A model generated the notes under the pieces. That model did not search any database and was not told where the DNA came from. It saw only the letters and a program-made list of their open reading frames with translations. This document shows positions 57,593-64,000 of a stretch of 64,000 nt of DNA, one piece after another. Within the stretch, counting starts at the first letter, position 1, and each line of letters begins with the position of its first letter. Origin of the DNA: an uncultured Armatimonadetes bacterium (GTDB lineage Bacteria; Armatimonadota; Hebobacteria; Hebobacterales; Hebobacteraceae); the NCBI GenBank assembly GCA_963716175.1, contig OY970296.1:1600001-1664000 (forward strand), given 5' to 3'. A program made the position numbers and the translations under genes.

Positions 57593-58720
57593 ATGCCGGC
57601 GCGTGAGTCACCGCTGGCGGCGCTGCACGAGGAAGCCCAGGCCAAGATGGTGGAGTACGCGGGGTGGCGGCTGCCTCTGCAGTACACCTCGGTGGCGGAG
57701 GAGGTGCAGAGCACGCGGCGCGCGGCCGGCCTGTTCGACATCTCGCACATGGGGAATCTCCACCTGCTGGGGCCGGGGGCCGTCCGGGCTGCGCGGAACC
57801 TGCTGACCCGGAACGTAAGCGCGATTCCGGTGGAGTGCAGCGCCTATGCCCTGCTGTGCAATGACCGGGGGAGGATCCGGGATGATCTGTTCGTGATGGT
57901 GATCTCGGAGGCGGCGGTGGGACTGGTGGTGAACGCGGTGAACCACGACCGGGACGTGGGGTGGCTGAAGGAGCGCCTGGCGCTGGACCTGCGGGTGGTG
58001 GTGGAGGATCTGCGAGAGCGGAGCTTTGGGGTGGCGCTGCAGGGGCCGCGATCGGAGCAGATCCTGCGGAGCGCCAACATCCAGGGGCGGTTCCCCGATC
58101 TGTTCGCGACCTTCTCCTATATGCGGCTGGCGCGGGTGGACGTGCTGGTCTCGCGCACCGGCTACACGGGTGAGGATGGGTTCGAGATCTTCGGGGCGGC
58201 GCGGGATGGCCCGCTGGTGTGGAGGACGATCCTGGATTTCGGGCGCGAGCACGGGCTGGTGCTGGCGGGGCTGGCGGCGCGGGACGTGCTGCGCCAGGAG
58301 ATGGGGTATCCGCTGTGGGGTCAGGACATTGACGAGCAGACCACACCCCTGGAGGCCGGCCTGGGATGGGCGATTGACTGGGAGGGGGAGTTCATCGGCC
58401 GGGCGGCCCTGGAAGGGGCCAAGGCGAACAGGCAGCGCATCGGGTTCACCATGCAGGAGCCGGGCGTGGCGCGACATGGCGCCGCGATCTCCCTGGCGGA
58501 TGAAGAGATCGGCGTCGTCACCAGTGGCACCTACTCCCACAATCTGGGGGCGGCGATCGGGCAGGGATATGTGGCCGCCTCTGCGAACGCGGCGGCCGGG
58601 GCCGAGATCGGCATCGAAGTGAGGGCGAGGCGCCTGCGGGCGAGAGTGGAGAGGCTGCCCCTGATTCCGAAGAAGACGCGCAAGAGCTGGAGACAGACCG
58701 CGGGGAGGAGAGGGTCGTGA
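57593..58720 (+). CDS. gcvT: Aminomethyltransferase (glycine cleavage T protein)
   Basis: GW.LP.QY, GLFDISHMG, ALQGP, SRTGYTGEDGFEI, ARD.LR.E.G; GGAGGGG RBS before ATG 57593. Confidence 0.92.
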   Translation: MPARESPLAALHEEAQAKMVEYAGWRLPLQYTSVAEEVQSTRRAAGLFDISHMGNLHLLGPGAVRAARNLLTRNVSAIPVECSAYALLCNDRGRIRDDLFVMVISEAAVGLVVNAVNHDRDVGWLKERLALDLRVVVEDLRERSFGVALQGPRSEQILRSANIQGRFPDLFATFSYMRLARVDVLVSRTGYTGEDGFEIFGAARDGPLVWRTILDFGREHGLVLAGLAARDVLRQEMGYPLWGQDIDEQTTPLEAGLGWAIDWEGEFIGRAALEGAKANRQRIGFTMQEPGVARHGAAISLADEEIGVVTSGTYSHNLGAAIGQGYVAASANAAAGAEIGIEVRARRLRARVERLPLIPKKTRKSWRQTAGRRGS

Positions 58721-59112
58721 ATGTCCCGGATGAGCTGAGCTACACGAACACTCATGAATGGATGCGGCGAGGGCCGGAGGGGGTGACGGTCGGGATCACT
58801 GACTATGCGCAGGGCGAGCTCACCGACATCGTGTTCGTGGAACTGCCGGAGGTGGGCCGCCATCTCAACGCGGGGGACGAGGTCTGCGCGCTGGAGTCGG
58901 TGAAGGCGGTGGCCTATGTCTACGCGCCGCTCGCCGGCACCATCTCCGCGGTGAATGAGAGGCTGCGCAAAGAGCCGGAGCTGGTGAACCAGCAGCCTTA
59001 TGAGGAGGGGTGGATCGTGCGGCTCACGCCGGACGATCCGGGGAAGACGGTGACGCTGCTCGACGCGGCGGCCTATCGGAAGAAGGTCGAGGCCGCGGGC
59101 GCAAGCGGCTGA
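58717..59112 (+). CDS. gcvH: Glycine cleavage H protein
   Basis: THEW, VGITDYAQ..L.DIVFVELP, ESVKA lipoyl-Lys, PY.EGW. Confidence 0.95.
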   Translation: MNVPDELSYTNTHEWMRRGPEGVTVGITDYAQGELTDIVFVELPEVGRHLNAGDEVCALESVKAVAYVYAPLAGTISAVNERLRKEPELVNQQPYEEGWIVRLTPDDPGKTVTLLDAAAYRKKVEAAGASG

Positions 59113-59165
59113 CCGGCAGGCCGCGCGGGAGACGGCAGGTGGCGGCGATTCCCCTCTCTGTCACC

Positions 59166-59795
59166 TCACCGTCTCAGGCTGATCAGCGCGGCCAGCCCGA
59201 ACCCCAGGATGATGGCACCTGAGAGGCGGTTAGCCCAGCGCAGGCCCGCGGGGCTGAACCGCGACCGGGACAGGCCGACGCCCCCGCTCAGGATCGCCCA
59301 CCAGATGGCCGACCCCAGGAAGATGCCTGACACCAGGAGCGCGGCTGAGACGTAGCTCCTATCTCCTGCCGCCATCCCCAGCCCCGCAAACACCGCCGCG
59401 AAGAACAGGATGGTAACCGGGTTGGTGAGCGTGAGCAAGAGCGTGGAGGTGTAGGCGCCCAGCAGCCCATCCCCCACATCGGCGCGGACCTCCGGGCCGG
59501 GCCTGGCGACGAACGTCCTGAGGCCGAGGTAGAGCAGAAACGCGCCGCCCACCAAGCGAAGCCAGAGCTGCTGCTTGGTCAGGAAGGTCGAGACGGAGGT
59601 GAGGCCGAAGGCGGCGACCGCACCGTAGATGCCATCGGCGGTGGCCGCCCCGAGCCCGGAGGCCAGCCCGAAGGCGCGGCCCCTGGCCAGGGTCCGGCGC
59701 ACGCAGAGCACGGCGATGGGGCCTACCGGCGCGGCGATGGAGAAGCCGATCACCAGCCCCTTGACCAGGAATCCGAGACCCCTATCAGTGAGCAA
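59166..59795 (-). CDS. LysE family translocator
   Basis: IAAPVGP, G.GAATAD, LLTLTNP.TI. Confidence 0.9.
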   Translation of the reverse strand: MLTDRGLGFLVKGLVIGFSIAAPVGPIAVLCVRRTLARGRAFGLASGLGAATADGIYGAVAAFGLTSVSTFLTKQQLWLRLVGGAFLLYLGLRTFVARPGPEVRADVGDGLLGAYTSTLLLTLTNPVTILFFAAVFAGLGMAAGDRSYVSAALLVSGIFLGSAIWWAILSGGVGLSRSRFSPAGLRWANRLSGAIILGFGLAALISLRR

Positions 59796-59813
59796 GGCAG
59801 GCCCAGTTCTCCT

Positions 59814-61664
59814 CTACGTATAGCCTTCGCGGGGCGGCTCGTCGCCGGGCCTCAACCACTGCTTCACAGTCGCACGTTCGCCCAGCGCGGCGAGCAGTTG
59901 GGGCACATCGGTCAGCAGCGCCAGCCCCGGGACCCAAGCCGTGTAAGCGATCTGCCCGAGCAGGCCTGGAGCATCGCGCAGGGTCCGCGGCATGCCGTGC
60001 AGTACGATTGGGGCCAACCGCGGCTCCACGGAGGCGGCCAGCACCGCGATCAGGCTGGCCTCGCCGCCGAAGGCCACCACTTTGCTGACTGCCAGTCCCT
60101 CTCGCTGCAGCCAGTGGAAGGCGGCGAGGAGGTCGGTCACTCTCCCACCGGGTAGGGGCTGCCCGGCGAAGGCGAGGTAGTGGCTGGCGCGCTGATGCCA
60201 CAGGTCAGCATCGGGCGCGGTCTCTCCCTGGCCGCGCCAGTCGAAGGCAGCGACCGAGGCAGGGGCAGGGCCGAGCTGCTGGAGCGCGGCCTGTTTGCCC
60301 TTGTCAGCGATGGCGAGGACGAGGGGACGACGGCCGCGCCTTCGCATCAGCATTGGCAGCGCCGCGCCGTCGCCGGTCTGCAGCAGAATGCGGGACCAGT
60401 CCTCTTCCTCTCGCCGCACCAGGCAATGGGCCTGCACTGGCCTCGCGGCTCGGCCCAGCAGGTGGTTGAGCGCGGCCGCGTCTAGGCGCTTGGGGCGCGC
60501 CTCTCGCAGGCGGGCGCGATAGAGGTCGGCCACCGTGAGGAAGCGGCGCGGCCGCTTGGGCAGAGCGCGCAGCCGCGGGTCGGACAGGTCTATGTCGTCG
60601 CTCTCATCGCCTGGGCCGGCCATGTCGCCGGGCCGCTTCAGGGCCTGCTCGAAGAACCGGTAGACTCCCTCCCGGTAATCGGCGGGACAGGCATGGCCGC
60701 AGTAGTGCTCCTCGATGCTGCAGCGGCCGCGCGCGCCCAGGGCGCGATAGGCTGCCCTGGCCTCCTGCACCGCGCGACGCGCCCCAATGATCGGGAAGAG
60801 AGGATCGCGAACTCCCGCGAAGACGCGCAGGGGCTTGGGCGCGAAGGCGGCCAGCAGGTCGTGATACTCCACCCCGGCCGCCCCCAGCCACGGCACCGCC
60901 TCGCAGTGGCAATAGGCATCGGAGCCGGAGTTGGCATGCTCCCACACCAGACAGGGCGCGTTGCAGGGAGCCGCGGCGGCGGGCCGGCCATCGGCCGCGC
61001 AGAAGAAGACGGTCTGGTTTCCACCTCCGGAGCTGCCGGTCACGCCAATCCGGTTCTCATCCACGAAGGGCAGCTCCGCGAGATAGGTGAAAGCGGCCGA
61101 GTTGTCCTGCACCATGATGGCCTGCAGCGGAAGATCGGCGAGCACCGGATACCAGAGGGCGTGGCCGGTGCCCTTGCGCTCATCCGCCTCGGGGAAATCC
61201 ACGAACAGAGCCACGAAGCCCCGGCGTGCCAGCCCGCGGCAGCGGCGCGCGTAGACGAGGCCGGACTTGCCTTCATAGGAGTGGCCATGGACGTGCATCA
61301 CCGCGGGGGCGGGCCGGGTGAGGCCGTCCGGGAGATAGAGGTGGGCGGTGATATACCATCCGCTTCCTCTCTCTATGGCCAATGGCTGGATAGAGAAGCC
61401 ATCGAAGTGGACGGGCGGGCGCTCGGTCACCCGGGTGGGGCGTGCGGGCAGCGCGCGGGGCGGCAACCCCAGGGCGCGCTTGAGGGATTGCCGGACGGCT
61501 CGCAGCCGCGTGCGCACCTCATCCGCGGACTTGCCCTGGTAGGGATAGCGCGGGTGGCGCTCCATGGCCTGCCGCGCCAGCTCCTTGAGCAGCCCCGGGT
61601 AGGGGAGCGGCTTCGGTTGCTCTCCCGTTTCAGGTTCCTGCAAGAGACTCTTGATCTCGGGCAT
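59814..61664 (-). CDS. Acetyl xylan esterase-like alpha/beta hydrolase (two-domain)
   Basis: LYLP..PAV..VHGH, VD..RIGVTGSSGGG, APKPL; start taken at MPEIK. Confidence 0.75.
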   Translation of the reverse strand: MPEIKSLLQEPETGEQPKPLPYPGLLKELARQAMERHPRYPYQGKSADEVRTRLRAVRQSLKRALGLPPRALPARPTRVTERPPVHFDGFSIQPLAIERGSGWYITAHLYLPDGLTRPAPAVMHVHGHSYEGKSGLVYARRCRGLARRGFVALFVDFPEADERKGTGHALWYPVLADLPLQAIMVQDNSAAFTYLAELPFVDENRIGVTGSSGGGNQTVFFCAADGRPAAAAPCNAPCLVWEHANSGSDAYCHCEAVPWLGAAGVEYHDLLAAFAPKPLRVFAGVRDPLFPIIGARRAVQEARAAYRALGARGRCSIEEHYCGHACPADYREGVYRFFEQALKRPGDMAGPGDESDDIDLSDPRLRALPKRPRRFLTVADLYRARLREARPKRLDAAALNHLLGRAARPVQAHCLVRREEEDWSRILLQTGDGAALPMLMRRRGRRPLVLAIADKGKQAALQQLGPAPASVAAFDWRGQGETAPDADLWHQRASHYLAFAGQPLPGGRVTDLLAAFHWLQREGLAVSKVVAFGGEASLIAVLAASVEPRLAPIVLHGMPRTLRDAPGLLGQIAYTAWVPGLALLTDVPQLLAALGERATVKQWLRPGDEPPREGYT

Positions 61665-61822
61665 GGCTTCCCTCGGCGGCGATGCCTGCGGCATGGCCGC
61701 CCTACAGCGCTGGACTGGGATGCGTGAACGGAGTGGTATTAGGCGCGACGGAGGCCGTCCCCTTTGGCGGATGGCAGGGAGCGGCTTGACGACGGTCGGG
61801 GGGTGCCCTAGTATGGCGGGAA

Positions 61823-63233
61823 ATGGCGGGGGCATCGGCGGTAGATCAGGCGGTGGAGAGACGGCGGGCGTGGCTGATCGGGCTCGCCTTGCTCTGCGCC
61901 TACGGCTTTTTCTTCTACCGCGGCGGGAACTGGAATGTCGAGGCGCGCAACGCGCAGATCGTGTCGCTGGCCGAGGACCAGACTCTGGCGATTGACCCCT
62001 ATGAGCGCTGGACCGGTGACAAGGCCTACTATCAGGGCCATTACTACAGCGACAAGCTGATCGGCCCCAGCCTGGTGGCGGTGCCGTTTTACCTGGCTAG
62101 CAACCGATTGCTGTCGGCGGCGGGAGTGAGGCCGCAGTTGGCGCTGATGCTGGCCCTGCGCATCGCTAACGTGTTCGCCAATGCCGTTCCCTCGGCCCTG
62201 ATAGGCGGGCTGCTCTACCTCTTCCTCTCCGAGCTGGGGCTGGCCGCGAAGCTGCGGATCTGGCTGGCCTTCGCTTACGGGTTCGGGACGCTGGCGCTGC
62301 CCTACTCCACCGCGCTCTTCGGTCACCAATTCGGCGCGGTCTGCGCATTCGGCTGCTTCCTGCTTCTCTGGCGGCAGCGGGAGGTCTGGTCGGCGAGGCG
62401 AGCCGTGGCGGCTGGACTGCTCGCCGGGCTGGGAGCTATCTCTGACTTCACCACTATGCTGATCGCCTGCTTCCTGGGACTCTATGCCATCTGGCGGTCG
62501 CGCGGTCAGCCGGGCGACGCGCCCGGAATGGCCACGGTAGTGACGCGGGTGCTGCTCTTCGCCCTGCTGGCAGCGGTGCCGGTCTCGCTCCAGTTGAGCG
62601 CCAACTGGTCGAGTTTCGGGAGCCCGTTCGTGTTCCCCCACATCCACCACGTTCAGCCGAGCTTCCGGGCCCGGCACGCCGCCGGGCTGCTGGGGGTGCA
62701 TCTCCCGCAGCTCTATCCGCTCTACCAGCTCACGGTGGGCTCGTGGCGAGGGCTGTTCTACGCCAGCCCTGTGCTGCTGCTGGCCCTCCCGGGGTTTTTC
62801 CTGCTAGGCCGGGGACGGCGGGCGGAGGCGGCGCTGATCGCGGTGAGCTGGCTGGGGGTGCTGCTGATGAACGCGGGGTACGAGAACTGGACTGCGGGCA
62901 GCGCCTACGGTCCTCGCTACCAGATTCCGGCCATTCCATTTCCTGGTCTTCGCGGCGGCCCCGGCGGCGCAGCGCTGGCCGTTCCTGTTCAAAGTGCTGG
63001 CCACGATCTCGATCGCGTTCACCGTGATCGTGACCGCGCAGAGCCCGTTCGTGCCGGAAACGTTGCAGAACCCGCTGGGGGAGGCGCTGGCCGCGTTCTC
63101 CGTAGGCAACCTGCTGAACGGGAACCTGGGCAAGAGCATCGGCCTGCCGGGGATCTTCAGCTTGCTGCCGCTGGCTGCGGTGGAGGCGGCGTTTCTGTAC
63201 GCGCTTTCCGGGATGTCGGCGCGGGAGCAATGA
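61823..63233 (+). CDS. Polytopic membrane protein, GT-C glycosyltransferase-like (frameshift near 62940)
   Basis: GHYYSDK..G.S..A.P, YST.LFGH, RGLFYASP, YGPRY; removing one T continues into IPFLVF.. ending 63233. Confidence 0.65.
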
Positions 63234-63254
63234 GAGTACCGAGAGGAGGATGAG

Positions 63255-64000
63255 GTGCGAGCAGATGAGCGGCGCCGAAAGCAGGCGCCACCCAAGTGGG
63301 ACATCGTCTACACTCGCGGGCTGGTGACCCCCCATGTGAAATGGGCCGACCCCTATGCCAAGGGGCCGGTCCGCGCGTTCTTCATCTCCAGTGTGCACGA
63401 GGGCCGCACGGTGGTGGAGCTGATGCAGCGGCTCAGCCTGGAGGCGAGGGCGGTGAGCATTGACCCTCACTGGGATGTGAACCGGTGGTGCATTGACCGC
63501 TATCACGCTGACTTCGAGGATCGCGAGCCCAAGGACTACGCGCCCGTACATGAGACGCTGGAAGCGGAACTGGAGTCCGCGTGGCGCTACGACGTGCTGG
63601 TGATGCACAGCATCCTGGGCTGGAACCACCTCCCGGGCCGGGTGCGCGAGCTGATCCAAGCGCGGGTGAAGCGGGGGGAGGGCCTGGTCCTGGTGCATCC
63701 CCAGCTTGGGGAGGACGAGGCTGACAAGGGCTTGTGGGAGATGTCGCCGATCGTGGGGGTGGAGGCGACGAAGCTCACCGGCGCCGGGGCCGGGGTGGAG
63801 GAGGGATACCCGCAGGTGCCTCGCACCGCGATCTCGGGCGCGCCGTGGCGGAAGGTGGCCGATCACTTCATCGTGGACGGGATTCCGTTCGAGGCCCTCC
63901 CCTATCCCGCCCTGCGCCATTACCGCTATCGCCTCGGGAAAGGGGCGCAGGCGCTGGCGGCGGGGGAGGCGGGCGCGCCGGTGGTGGCGGTGAAGCAGTA
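63255..64000 (+). CDS. Large hypothetical/glycoside hydrolase-associated protein, 5' part (runs off window)
   Basis: GAGGAGG RBS, GTG 63255, frame reads MRADERR..TPHVKWADPYAKG..VVELMQRL and stays open to the end. Confidence 0.65.
   Translation, partial: MRADERRRKQAPPKWDIVYTRGLVTPHVKWADPYAKGPVRAFFISSVHEGRTVVELMQRLSLEARAVSIDPHWDVNRWCIDRYHADFEDREPKDYAPVHETLEAELESAWRYDVLVMHSILGWNHLPGRVRELIQARVKRGEGLVLVHPQLGEDEADKGLWEMSPIVGVEATKLTGAGAGVEEGYPQVPRTAISGAPWRKVADHFIVDGIPFEALPYPALRHYRYRLGKGAQALAAGEAGAPVVAVKQ

Overview
High-GC bacterial chromosomal window. SLH surface proteins, a prepilin remnant, a Gram-positive-type lexA/LysM pair and the futalosine pathway suggest Armatimonadota or a related Terrabacteria lineage (inference). 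Core content: steA/mctB-like plus glycosyltransferase locus, deoC, LysM/lexA, tRNA-Ser(TGA), groES, futalosine menaquinone genes (ubiD, ubiX, ubiA, mqnE, mqnA, mqnC, MTAP-like), two SLH proteins, tRNA-Ala(CGC) and the glycine cleavage genes. Most unusual observations: (1) about 15 kb behind tRNA-Ser in which six co-oriented copies of a non-attC imperfect palindrome divide co-oriented, mostly secreted-protein genes into cassette-like modules; (2) a two-gene operon encoding a PilC/GspF-like protein without transmembrane helices and a PilB/GspE ATPase with degenerate catalytic motifs fused to an excisionase-type HTH, with 10-bp-phased repeats in its promoter; (3) a variant LexA box CAAAC-N4-GTTTG, also found at a cargo promoter; (4) a tRNA-Ala/structured spacer/GIY-YIG unit; (5) an rsmI-tgt-Arm/Rmt-like 16S methyltransferase cluster; (6) several families of small palindromic repeats (104-bp MITE-like, nested GTAG REPs) and a 21-aa lysine-rich microprotein. 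At least five genes carry single-base frameshifts that look like assembly errors. All family calls come from motif recognition by eye, not database searches.
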